Shown here: piece after piece, positions 52,882 through 62,008 of the stretch | Layout of the letters: every line of letters begins with the position of its first letter | Position numbering within the stretch: the first letter of the stretch is position 1 | Assembly: GCA_947473125.1 (NCBI GenBank) | Contig: CANJDH010000012.1 | Span: 1,131 to 65,130 of the forward strand | From: Burkholderiales bacterium | GTDB lineage: Bacteria > Pseudomonadota > Gammaproteobacteria > Burkholderiales > JAEUOS01 | Length of the DNA stretch: 64,000 bases | Reading direction: 5' to 3' | Position numbers and translations under genes: made by a program | The notes under the pieces: generated by a model | The model's input: only the letters and a program-made list of their open reading frames with translations | The model's database searches: none | What the model was told of the DNA's origin: nothing

Positions 52882-55539
52882 ATGGGCAAGGCACTGATCA
52901 TCGCCGAGAAACCCTCGGTCGCCACCGACATTTCGCGCGCGCTCGGCGGTTTCAAGAAGGTCGCCGAATACTACGAATCCGACAACTACGTCTTGTCATC
53001 AGCCGTCGGGCATCTGGTCGAGATCGCCGCGCCAGAAGAATTTGAAGTCAAACGCGGCAAGTGGAGCTTCGCCAACCTGCCGGTGATTCCGCCACATTTT
53101 GACGTGCGGCCCATCCCCAAAAGCGAAGACCGCCTCAAGCTTCTGACCAAGCTCATCAAGCGCAAGGACGTGGACTCACTGATCAACGCCTGCGACGCGG
53201 GACGCGAAGGCGAGTTAATTTTTCGCCTGATCGCGCAACATGCCGCCAGCAAGAAACCGGTGAAACGCCTCTGGCTGCAATCCATGACCCAAGGCGCGAT
53301 CCGCGAGGGCTTCGCCAGCCTGCGTGAAGACAAGGACATGCTCGCCCTGGCCGATGCCGCGCGCTGCCGCTCGGAAGCCGACTGGCTGATCGGCATCAAC
53401 GGCACGCGTGCCATGACGGCGTTCAACAGCAAGGAGGGCGGCTTTTACCTCACCACCGTTGGCCGTGTGCAAACGCCCACGCTCGCCGTCATCGTTGAGC
53501 GTGAAGCCAGGATCCGCGCCTTCAAGTCGCGCGACTACTGGGAAGTGCATGCCAGTTTTGGCGTCAAGGCCGGCGAGTACCCGGCCCGCTGGTTCAACCC
53601 TACATTCAAAAAACCGGCTGAAGACAGCGGCGACGACTACCTGCGCGAGCACGCGCGCGCCGAACGCAGCTGGTCGGAGGCGGAGGTCAATGCCATCGTC
53701 GCGTCATGTACCGGCCAGACCGGTACCGTCACCGAGGAGTCAAAGCCGACCACGCAAGCATCGCCCCTGCTGTTTGACCTGACCAGCCTGCAGCGTGAAG
53801 TCAACAGCCGCTTTGGGCTGTCGGCACGCAACACACTGGCGGTCGCGCAGTCGCTGTACGACCGCCACAAGGTGTTGACCTATCCGCGTACCGACGCGCG
53901 CGCGCTGCCCGAGGATTACATCCCCACGGTAAAGAAAACCCTGGAGATGCTCAAGGAGAGCAACAGTTACACCGTTGCTGCTGCGAAGATCCTGAAGCAG
54001 GGCTGGGTCAAACCGTCGAAGCGCATTTTCGACAACAGCAAGATATCCGACCACTTCGCGATCATTCCAACGCTTGAAGCGCCCAAATCCCTGTCTGAAA
54101 TCGAACAAAAGGTCTACGACCTGGTCGTCAAGCGCTTCCTTGCGGTGTTTTTCCCGTCGGCCGAGTTCATGCAGACCACCCGCATCACGCAAGTGGCGGG
54201 GCATTCATTCAAGACCGAAGGCAAGGTGCTGACCGACGCCGGTTGGCTCGCGGTGTACGGCAAGGCCGTACTTGAGGAAGACTCGACCCTGTGCCCGGTT
54301 GATCAAGGCGAAAAAGCCGTGACGCGCCAAATCGAAACGCGCGCCAACCAGACCAAGGCGCCGCCGCGTTACTCTGAAGCGACCTTGCTCTCTGCCATGG
54401 AGGGCGCGGGCAAGCTGGTGGAAGACGAAGAGCTGCGCGCCGCGATGGACCAAAAGGGCCTGGGCACGCCGGCAACGCGCGCCGCAATCATCGAAGGCCT
54501 GATCCGCGAGGAGTACATCCACCGCAACGGCCGCGAACTGCAACCCACCGCCAAGGCGTTCTCGCTGATGTTTGCGCTGGGCCATTTCGGCGTAACCGAG
54601 CTCGCTTCCCCCGAGTTGACCGGCGAGTGGGAACACAAGCTCAAGCAGATGGAAGCGGGCAAGCTGTCGCGCGAGACCTTCATGCAGCACATCAACGATG
54701 CGACCAACGACATGGTCAATCGCATCCGCGACGGCAACATTCCCGATACGGCGTTCTCCACCGTCGACGTGCCCTGCCCCAAATGCGGGGGATTGGTGCA
54801 GGAAAATTACCGCAAGTTCCAGTGTCTGTCATGCGACTTCAACCTTTGGAAAGTCGTGTCCGGCCGCGAGTGGGCGCCGGAAGAAGTGGCCGAGTTGATC
54901 CGCAACAAGACGGTGGGCCCGCTCACCGGTTTTCGCAGCAAGATGGGGCGCCCGTTTGCGGCGTCGCTCAAGCTCAATGCCGAGTTTCGCGCCGAGTTCG
55001 ACTTCGGCCAGGGCCTGGACGACACCGAGGCAGTGGACTTTTCCGAACAGGAAGCCGTGGGCGCATGCCCGAAATGTGCGTCGCGTGTGTTCGAGCACGG
55101 CTCCGGTTACGTCTGTGAAAAGGCAACGGGCCCGGCGCCGCGCACCTGTGATTTTCGTTCAGGACGCATCATCCTGCAGCAGGAAATCACGCGCGAGCAG
55201 ATGTCCAAGCTTCTTTCCGGCGGCCGCACCGACCTGCTGACCGACTTCGTATCGAACCGCAGCCGGCGCAAATTCAAGGCCTTCCTGGTCAAGCAACCTG
55301 ACGGCAAGATCGGCTTCGAGTTCATGCAGCGCGCAGTCAAGCCGGGGGGCGAAGCTGCGGCACCTGCGAAGGCCGGTGCCGCAAAGAAAGCCGCCGCGAA
55401 GCTTGCGGCAGCAGAACCGGCGGTGAAAAAAGCACCGGCCAAGAAAGCGGCGGTCAGGAAAGCCAGCGCCACAAAGACGACCGCGACCAAAACCGTTGCG
55501 AAAAAAGCCGTCAAGAAAGCCGCGACCAAGGCAAAGTAA
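52882..55539 (+). CDS. topB: DNA topoisomerase III-type enzyme with C-terminal zinc ribbons and a Lys/Ala-rich tail
   Basis: Toprim N-terminus MGKALIIAEKPSVA, C-terminal CPKCGG/CLSC/CPKCAS zinc ribbons and an AKKAA-type tail. The ATG is 77 codons into ORF 52651..55539. Confidence 0.9.
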   Translation: MGKALIIAEKPSVATDISRALGGFKKVAEYYESDNYVLSSAVGHLVEIAAPEEFEVKRGKWSFANLPVIPPHFDVRPIPKSEDRLKLLTKLIKRKDVDSLINACDAGREGELIFRLIAQHAASKKPVKRLWLQSMTQGAIREGFASLREDKDMLALADAARCRSEADWLIGINGTRAMTAFNSKEGGFYLTTVGRVQTPTLAVIVEREARIRAFKSRDYWEVHASFGVKAGEYPARWFNPTFKKPAEDSGDDYLREHARAERSWSEAEVNAIVASCTGQTGTVTEESKPTTQASPLLFDLTSLQREVNSRFGLSARNTLAVAQSLYDRHKVLTYPRTDARALPEDYIPTVKKTLEMLKESNSYTVAAAKILKQGWVKPSKRIFDNSKISDHFAIIPTLEAPKSLSEIEQKVYDLVVKRFLAVFFPSAEFMQTTRITQVAGHSFKTEGKVLTDAGWLAVYGKAVLEEDSTLCPVDQGEKAVTRQIETRANQTKAPPRYSEATLLSAMEGAGKLVEDEELRAAMDQKGLGTPATRAAIIEGLIREEYIHRNGRELQPTAKAFSLMFALGHFGVTELASPELTGEWEHKLKQMEAGKLSRETFMQHINDATNDMVNRIRDGNIPDTAFSTVDVPCPKCGGLVQENYRKFQCLSCDFNLWKVVSGREWAPEEVAELIRNKTVGPLTGFRSKMGRPFAASLKLNAEFRAEFDFGQGLDDTEAVDFSEQEAVGACPKCASRVFEHGSGYVCEKATGPAPRTCDFRSGRIILQQEITREQMSKLLSGGRTDLLTDFVSNRSRRKFKAFLVKQPDGKIGFEFMQRAVKPGGEAAAPAKAGAAKKAAAKLAAAEPAVKKAPAKKAAVRKASATKTTATKTVAKKAVKKAATKAK

Positions 55540-55677
55540 CAGCACACAAGTCGGTCCGGCATCAGCAGGGGTGTGCCCAAGCGGCTCGCGTGGCGAAAGC
55601 GTCGCGGCGCCCAAATCAGTGCGGTAAACTCGCGGCCTCAACCACTGCGTGCTTATCGGCACATTCGGGACACCGTC

Positions 55678-56664
55678 ATGCATCGTCGCCACATTCTTGC
55701 CACTGCCGTAGCTGCCGTGGGCGCCACCCTGCTGGCTGGAGCACCTGCTGCGCAGGCTCAGTCCTACCCGTCGAAGCCGATTCGCTTGATCGTGCCATTT
55801 GCCCCGGGCGGCACCACCGACATCGTCGCGCGCATCGTCGGCGACAGGCTGGGACGCGAGCTCGGCCAACCGATCCTGATTGAAAACCGCGCCGGCGGCG
55901 GCGGCACGGTCGGCGCCGATTTTGTCGCCAAGTCGCCGGCCGACGGCTACATCCTCGGCGTGGCCACGGTCTCGACCATCGGCACCAATCCGGCCACCAA
56001 CTCGAAAATGCCGTATGACTCGATCAAGGATTTCTCCTTCATCACCAACATGGTCAACGTGCCAAACGTGATGACGGTGAACCCGACCAAGGTGCCGGTC
56101 AAGGACATGAAGGAATTCATTGCGCTGGTGAAGAAATCGCCCGGCAAGTTCTCCTATGCCTCGAGCGGCTCGGGCGGCATTTCCCATCTGGACGGCGAGT
56201 TGTTCAAGGCGTTGACCGGCACCTTCATCGTGCACATTCCGTATCGCGGATCGGGGCCGGCGCTCACCGACACGGTATCCGGCCAGGTGGATGCGCAAAT
56301 GGACAACGTGCCCTCCAGCCTGCCGTTCATCAAGAGCGGCAAGCTGCGTGCCTTGGCAGTCATGTCGAACAAGCGCGTTGAAGCTTTGCCCGACGTCCCG
56401 ACGTTTGCCGAAGTCGGCCTCAGCGAATTGAACAACATGGCCTGGTACGGGCTGGTCGGCCCCGCCGGCTTGTCCAAGGAAATCAACGACAAACTGCGCG
56501 TCGCCGCAGTGAAAGCGCTCAACGACCCCGACGTCAGGAAGCGCCTTGCCGACGGCGGCTCAATCGTCGACGGCGGCACCTCGGAACAGTTCCTGCAACT
56601 GGGCCAGCGCGAGTTGGCGCTGCGCCGCGAAGTCGTGCGCAAGCAGAAAATCGTGCTCGAGTAA
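55678..56664 (+). CDS. Bug-family (TctC-like) tripartite tricarboxylate transporter substrate-binding protein
   Basis: Signal peptide followed by YPSKPIRLIVPFAPGGTTD, the signature Bug N-terminus. The ATG is 35 codons into ORF 55573..56664. Confidence 0.9.
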   Translation: MHRRHILATAVAAVGATLLAGAPAAQAQSYPSKPIRLIVPFAPGGTTDIVARIVGDRLGRELGQPILIENRAGGGGTVGADFVAKSPADGYILGVATVSTIGTNPATNSKMPYDSIKDFSFITNMVNVPNVMTVNPTKVPVKDMKEFIALVKKSPGKFSYASSGSGGISHLDGELFKALTGTFIVHIPYRGSGPALTDTVSGQVDAQMDNVPSSLPFIKSGKLRALAVMSNKRVEALPDVPTFAEVGLSELNNMAWYGLVGPAGLSKEINDKLRVAAVKALNDPDVRKRLADGGSIVDGGTSEQFLQLGQRELALRREVVRKQKIVLE

Positions 56665-56718
56665 TCCTGGCTTGCCGGAGCACCAGGAAGTGCCGCGCCG
56701 GTCCAGGACCGGCGATTT

Positions 56719-57609
56719 TCATGGTGCCGCCCGCGCGCAGTTGGCGGCAATACTGGCGGCGAAGCCCGGGATCAGCGGCAGTGGCAGGTCGTGCCCCATG
56801 CCGTCGACGACTTCGAGTCGCGCACCCGGGATCTTGTTGGCCAGATCCACCCCGCACGCCACCGGCACCAGCGGGTCGTCACGGCCATGCAGTACCAGAG
56901 TCGGCGCGCTGATCCTGGCCAGCAGCGGCGAGCGATCACCCGAAGCTGCCACCGCAACCAGCTGCCGCGCCACGCCCTGCGGGTGATAACTGCGCCGTAC
57001 GCTGCGCCCGACCTTGGCACGCAGTGCCTCGTCCGATACCGGATAGGCGGGGCTGCCAATCATGCGCCAGATGCCCATCGCGTGGTCGATGCGGCTCTCG
57101 ACATCGTGCGGGTTGCGCGGTCGTGAAAGCAGCGCACGACGCGCCCGCGCCGTCGGCCCGGGCAGGCGTCGCGCACCGCTGGTGGTCATCACCAGGGCAA
57201 GCGAGCGTACCCGCGCCGGGCTCATCGCCGCGAGTTGCTGCGCGATCATGCCGCCCATCGACACGCCGACCACGTGGCAGCGCTCAATGTGCAACGCATC
57301 GAGCAGACCGACGGCGTCATTGGCCATGTCGCGAATCAGATAAGGCGCGCGGATCGGCAGCCCGAGTGCATTGAGCATTCCGGCGGCAAGCAGGTTTGGC
57401 ATGCCGGTTGCGTCCAGTTTTGTCGACAAGCCGATGTCCCGGTTGTCGAACGTGATGGGCCGGAAACCCTTGTCCACCAAGGCTTTCAGGAACTCATCCG
57501 GCCACGCAGTGAGTTGCATGCCGAGACCCATGATGAGCAACATGGGCTCAGCTGCAGCATCCCCGCTGACTTCGCATTCGATCTCGAGCCCGTTGGCGGC
57601 AACGCGCAT
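56719..57609 (-). CDS. Alpha/beta-fold hydrolase
   Basis: Nucleophile elbow HVVGVSMGG, and HG-type oxyanion region LLIMGLGMQ. The ATG is 30 codons into ORF 56719..57699 and overlaps the upstream stop by 1 nt. Confidence 0.8.
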   Translation of the reverse strand: MRVAANGLEIECEVSGDAAAEPMLLIMGLGMQLTAWPDEFLKALVDKGFRPITFDNRDIGLSTKLDATGMPNLLAAGMLNALGLPIRAPYLIRDMANDAVGLLDALHIERCHVVGVSMGGMIAQQLAAMSPARVRSLALVMTTSGARRLPGPTARARRALLSRPRNPHDVESRIDHAMGIWRMIGSPAYPVSDEALRAKVGRSVRRSYHPQGVARQLVAVAASGDRSPLLARISAPTLVLHGRDDPLVPVACGVDLANKIPGARLEVVDGMGHDLPLPLIPGFAASIAANCARAAP

Positions 57610-58418
57610 CAGAGGGTGCGCGCTTGGTCCGGCCCGGTCTTGTCGATCCCCGTCTTGTAAAACCACTTTCGCGCGCCGCCGGCATTGAAGCGCTTCCACT
57701 TTCCTTCGGGTTGTGCCAGCCGGTCGGCGATCGCGTAAAGCGCCATCGGGTTCAGCCCCATGCCGAAATGGCTCGCCTGGATTTCAATGTTCTCGGCGAG
57801 CCGGCTTGGCGCATTGAGGCTGCATTGCCACGCGACGATGCCGTCGGTTTTCGAATACAGCGAGGTCGTCGGCACCGGCGGCGGCGTGCGAATGTGCTCG
57901 TGCCGTTCGAAATCGGCGATCTTGTGCCCGCTGACGAATTCGTACAAACGCCAGGCGTTGGTCGCCTTGGGGTTGCCGGTAAACGGCGTACCCAGGGTGA
58001 TGACACAGCGCGTCAGGGCCGGAACCGCCTTGGCAATTTCACGCGCATAAATGCCGCCCAGGCTCCAGCCCACCAAGCTGACCTTGCGGCCATGCATCTG
58101 GTGCAGTTCGCGCACATGTTCGATGCAGCCGGCCAGCACACCCGGCCGCGGCCCGAAATTGAGCCCGTAATTCCACGGGTGCGGGGCCAGATTGCGCTCG
58201 CGCAAGAACTGGCGCAGCGGATACGTAGACACATCGTTGGCGGCCAGGCCCGGCAGCACCAGCACCGGGTGGCCATCGCCTTCCGGGCCGTTCTTGAGAA
58301 GCGGCATCGCCGCGAGCGACGCGCCGTACTCCCACAGCGCCCGGCCTTCAAGCAGCATCATCCATGCGGAGGGCGCACGCGCATCGTCCGCTCCGGACGT
58401 CGTCGCGATGGCTTGCAT
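57609..58418 (-). CDS. Alpha/beta-fold hydrolase (esterase/depolymerase-like)
   Basis: Nucleophile elbow LVGWSLGG. ATG at 58418 is preceded by AAGGAG. Confidence 0.75.
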   Translation of the reverse strand: MQAIATTSGADDARAPSAWMMLLEGRALWEYGASLAAMPLLKNGPEGDGHPVLVLPGLAANDVSTYPLRQFLRERNLAPHPWNYGLNFGPRPGVLAGCIEHVRELHQMHGRKVSLVGWSLGGIYAREIAKAVPALTRCVITLGTPFTGNPKATNAWRLYEFVSGHKIADFERHEHIRTPPPVPTTSLYSKTDGIVAWQCSLNAPSRLAENIEIQASHFGMGLNPMALYAIADRLAQPEGKWKRFNAGGARKWFYKTGIDKTGPDQARTL

Positions 58419-58583
58419 CGGGGCTCCTTCTGACCGCTTGCGCTTTTGCAAAACGCTTTGTCTCCAACGTGGTGTTCCCTCACCGCCACCCGATTATAGG
58501 GAACTGGAGCGGAATCGACGCTGGCAAATCCGGCCAAGCCCGAGGTTTCGAGCATGCCGTGGATTCACTGGGATAATTGGCAG

Positions 58584-59114
58584 ATGCGAGGGATTCGACA
58601 AGGCTGGTTGCTGGTCTGCGCCGTCATGCTGGGCGCTTGTGCGCCGGCGCTCGACTGGCGTGAATTCCGTGCCGATGAGGGTGCGTTTGGCGTGCTGATG
58701 CCACAGCGCCCCAGCCAGGCCGAGAGAAAGCTTGTGACACCGGCCGGCGAGGTAACGATGAAAATGTATTCGGTGCGCGTTGATGAGACGGTGCTGGGAG
58801 CGGGATTCGCCGATTTCGCGTCGCCGCCGGACGCCGCAACCCAGGCCGCCATGCAGGCCGCGCTGCTCAAGAACCTCGACGGAACCGTCATCAGCGACAA
58901 ACCGGTCGGCAGCGGCGTCCCAGGCATGCCGGCCGGCCGCGAGGTGGTGAAACGGGGTCTCCTTGGCCAAGGCACCGCGTCGGTGCCAGGCGAGTTGCGC
59001 GCACGCTTTTACGTCAGGGACAACCGCTACTACCAGCTGGTGGTGATAGGGCGCCAGGGCGCTCTGCCCGAAGCCGACATCGACATGTTCATGGTGTCGC
59101 TCAAGCCGGGTTGA
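58584..59114 (+). CDS. Hypothetical lipoprotein
   Basis: MRGIRQGWLLVCAVMLGAC is a lipobox (LGAC). No family recognised. The start could be 58554. Confidence 0.6.
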   Translation: MRGIRQGWLLVCAVMLGACAPALDWREFRADEGAFGVLMPQRPSQAERKLVTPAGEVTMKMYSVRVDETVLGAGFADFASPPDAATQAAMQAALLKNLDGTVISDKPVGSGVPGMPAGREVVKRGLLGQGTASVPGELRARFYVRDNRYYQLVVIGRQGALPEADIDMFMVSLKPG

Positions 59115-60358
59115 TGCAAGTTTCCTTCACCACGCCGCGGCACCGCCTCGCGCTGATCTTCGCGCTGTTCGCCGCCGGCTATTTTTTATCCTACAGCTTC
59201 CGTTCGGTCGGGCCGTTGATCGCACCCGACCTGATGCGCGAACTGGCTCTCGACGCAGGAGAGCTCGGACTGCTCGCGAGCGTTTACTTTCTAGCCTTTG
59301 CCATCGCCCAGCCTTTCATCGGCATTGCCATGGACCGCCATGGCCCGGCGCGCGTCAACGCCGTGCTGTTTGCCACTGCTGCTGCGGGCGCGCTGCTATT
59401 CGCAACCAGTGAAGGCATTGCCGCACTGGCGCTGGGGCGCGCGCTGATCGGCCTCGGTGTCAGCGGCGCGCTGATGACGGCGCTCAAAGCCTTCGTCGTG
59501 TGGTTCCCGCCGCAACAACGCGAAGCGCTCTCAGGCTCGATGATGGCGGTCGGCGGCATTGCCGCCATGCTGGTCTCGATACCGGCCGAGCTGGCGATGC
59601 GCGCGATTGGCTGGCGCGGCCTCTTCGTGATCATGGGTGTGCTCAGCCTGGTGGTTGCAGCGGCGCTGTGGTGGCAGCTTGCAGCGGATGATGCGGTTGA
59701 AACGCGCTCCCACAGCCAGTCTTCGGGCATGGAAGCGCTTGCGGCCGCGGGAGGCTTTCGCAGCATATTCGGGTCACGCATTTTCATGGCCTACGCGCCC
59801 CTGGCCTTTTTTGGCAGCGGCGGCTTTACCGCTGTGCAATCCCTCTGGGCCGGCCCATGGCTCATCGAGGTGGCTGGCCACACGCGGGCCAGCGCTGCGG
59901 AAGTGCTGTTCGCCTATGGGCTCGCGCTGTTTGCGGGTTACCTGCTGGTTGCGTTCATCAGCGCGCGGATACGCGACGTCGCCGGCGCGCCGCGGCAGTT
60001 GTACATCGCGTCGTTGGCGATTGCCTATGCGGCGCTCGCCGCGATCATCAGCAATTACTGGCCTTCGAGCAGCCTGCCCTGGTTTGCCTACGGACTCGCC
60101 TTGGGCGCGGGCATGCTGGCCTACCCGGCGCTCACCCGGGTGTTCCCGGCGGCGATCGCAGGCCGCGTGGTGACGGCCTACAACGTGGTGATGTTCGCAG
60201 GGGGATTTGTATTGCAGTGGGCACTGGGCGCGCTGATCCAGGCGCTGCTCGACAGCGGCATGGCCAAGCAGTTCGCGTATCAGGCCAGCTTCGGCGCGCT
60301 GCTCGCAACGCAGGTGGCAGCGCTGGGCTGGTTCTGGGCCATCAGCCGAAGCCACTAA
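59114..60358 (+). CDS. MFS transporter
   Basis: ~414 aa, 12 TM. The MDRHGPARV-type loop lies after TM2. The start overlaps the upstream stop. Confidence 0.85.
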   Translation: MQVSFTTPRHRLALIFALFAAGYFLSYSFRSVGPLIAPDLMRELALDAGELGLLASVYFLAFAIAQPFIGIAMDRHGPARVNAVLFATAAAGALLFATSEGIAALALGRALIGLGVSGALMTALKAFVVWFPPQQREALSGSMMAVGGIAAMLVSIPAELAMRAIGWRGLFVIMGVLSLVVAAALWWQLAADDAVETRSHSQSSGMEALAAAGGFRSIFGSRIFMAYAPLAFFGSGGFTAVQSLWAGPWLIEVAGHTRASAAEVLFAYGLALFAGYLLVAFISARIRDVAGAPRQLYIASLAIAYAALAAIISNYWPSSSLPWFAYGLALGAGMLAYPALTRVFPAAIAGRVVTAYNVVMFAGGFVLQWALGALIQALLDSGMAKQFAYQASFGALLATQVAALGWFWAISRSH

Positions 60359-60365
60359 GCGGCGC

Positions 60366-61382
60366 TCAGTCGACCTTCGCGCCGGACAGCTTGACGATGC
60401 CCGCGTACTTGGCGCGCTCGCGCTCAATGAAGGCGGCGAATTCCTGCGGGGTGTTACCGCCGGCCTCGGCGCCCATGCGCGCGAACAGTTCCTTGAGCTG
60501 GGCCGTATTCATGGCCTTGACAATTTCGCCGTGCAGGCGCTCGAGGGCCTCTCTGGGAATGCCGGCCGGCGCCATGATGCCGAACCAGGTGTCGAGGTCA
60601 AAACCCTTGAGGCGCGGATCGGCCTCGGCCATGGTCGGCAACTCCGGTGCAAAGGCCGAGCGCCTGGCCGTGGTCACCGCAAGGGGCTTGATCTTGCCGG
60701 CCTTGATTTGTGCGCTGGCGTTCGCCAGATTGTCGAACATGAGGTCGGTCTGCCCGGCCATCAGCGCGAGCAGCGCGGGATTGCCGCCCGAGTACGGGAT
60801 GTGGACGATGAACGTGCCGGTCTGCTGCTTCATCAATTCACCGGCGAGGTGGCCGGTACTGCCGTTCGAACCCGAACCAAAATTGAGTTTGCCGGGGTTC
60901 TTCCTGGCGTAATCGATCAGGTCCTTGGCGCTCTTCAATGGCGAGTTGGGCGGCACGATCAGCACATTGGGCGTCGAGGCCACCAGCGTAATGGGCTGGA
61001 AATCCTTGACCGCGTCGTACGGCATCTTCGCGTACAGCGCCGGATTGATGGCGTGGGTGGCGACCGCACCCATCACAATGCTGTAGCCGTCAGCCGGCGC
61101 CTTGGCGACAAAATCGGCACCTACATTGCCACCCGCGCCCGGACGGTTTTCGACCAGCACGGGCTGGCCAAGCCCGTCTTTCATTTTGTCGGCAAGCGCA
61201 CGCGCCACCTGGTCGAGCGAACCACCCGGCGGGTAGGGCACAACAAAACGAATCGGCCTGGCCGGCCAGGGCGTGGCACCGGCCTGCGCGGCACTCTGGG
61301 CAAGGCTCGCGCCGGCGATCGCCGCGAGAGCCGCACCCACCAAAACGTTCAGCGCGGTCAGCGCCAGGGAGTTGCGCATCAT
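60366..61382 (-). CDS. Bug-family (TctC-like) substrate-binding protein
   Basis: Signal peptide followed by WPARPIRFVVPYPPGGSLD. Start is ambiguous (61397 TTG, 61382 or 61379 ATG). Confidence 0.9.
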   Translation of the reverse strand: MMRNSLALTALNVLVGAALAAIAGASLAQSAAQAGATPWPARPIRFVVPYPPGGSLDQVARALADKMKDGLGQPVLVENRPGAGGNVGADFVAKAPADGYSIVMGAVATHAINPALYAKMPYDAVKDFQPITLVASTPNVLIVPPNSPLKSAKDLIDYARKNPGKLNFGSGSNGSTGHLAGELMKQQTGTFIVHIPYSGGNPALLALMAGQTDLMFDNLANASAQIKAGKIKPLAVTTARRSAFAPELPTMAEADPRLKGFDLDTWFGIMAPAGIPREALERLHGEIVKAMNTAQLKELFARMGAEAGGNTPQEFAAFIERERAKYAGIVKLSGAKVD

Positions 61383-61404
61383 CAGGAGCGGCAGCAAGCG
61401 TTAC

Positions 61405-61998
61405 TCAATGCAGGTGCCGCTTGCCGCCGCCCTTGCTGCCGCCGTGCCCACCACTGGGGAAATCGACGCGCGCCAGCTTCTGCCCTTGCGTGATCGACAC
61501 CAGGCGTCGCGCAAACAGTCGGTTCACGGCGTCGATGACCTCGCTCATTTCGCCCTTGTCGAAATGGCGCTCAAGCAGCCGCGTGAGGTCCTCCTGCATG
61601 TACAAGCGCTGGGTTTCATGGATGGCCTCCGGGCTGGGGCCTACGAAGATCAGGCCGAAGGTATCCTGGCCATCGTCGTCGTCGTTGTCGAAATAGCTCA
61701 CCTCGATACCGGCGCCTTCGGCCGACAGGTCGCAGATGGCGCCGCAAGCCTCGTCGAGCGTATTTTGGAAATCCTCGTTGCCTTCCACGGTCCAGCACAG
61801 CGCCAGCACGCGCTTTTGCGCGTCGTACTCGATGCCCGGCTCTTCATCGAACAAGCTGGTGGCATCCTTGAGCGATTTCGCGTCGGCGTATTTCCAGAGC
61901 GGCTTCAAGGCCTCTTCGATCTGCGCATAGGTGACGCCCGGTCGGATCGGCACGTCGCCGTGGATGTGGATTTCGAATTGTGCTTCGTAGTTCGCCAT
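61405..61998 (-). CDS. Hypothetical acidic protein with Gly/Lys/His-rich C-terminal tail
   Basis: 197 aa from MANYEAQFEIHIHG, 100 codons into ORF 61405..62298; the upstream part is Arg-rich GC-artefact-like sequence. No family recognised. Confidence 0.65.
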   Translation of the reverse strand: MANYEAQFEIHIHGDVPIRPGVTYAQIEEALKPLWKYADAKSLKDATSLFDEEPGIEYDAQKRVLALCWTVEGNEDFQNTLDEACGAICDLSAEGAGIEVSYFDNDDDDGQDTFGLIFVGPSPEAIHETQRLYMQEDLTRLLERHFDKGEMSEVIDAVNRLFARRLVSITQGQKLARVDFPSGGHGGSKGGGKRHLH

Positions 61999-62008
61999 AG
62001 TGTGACCC

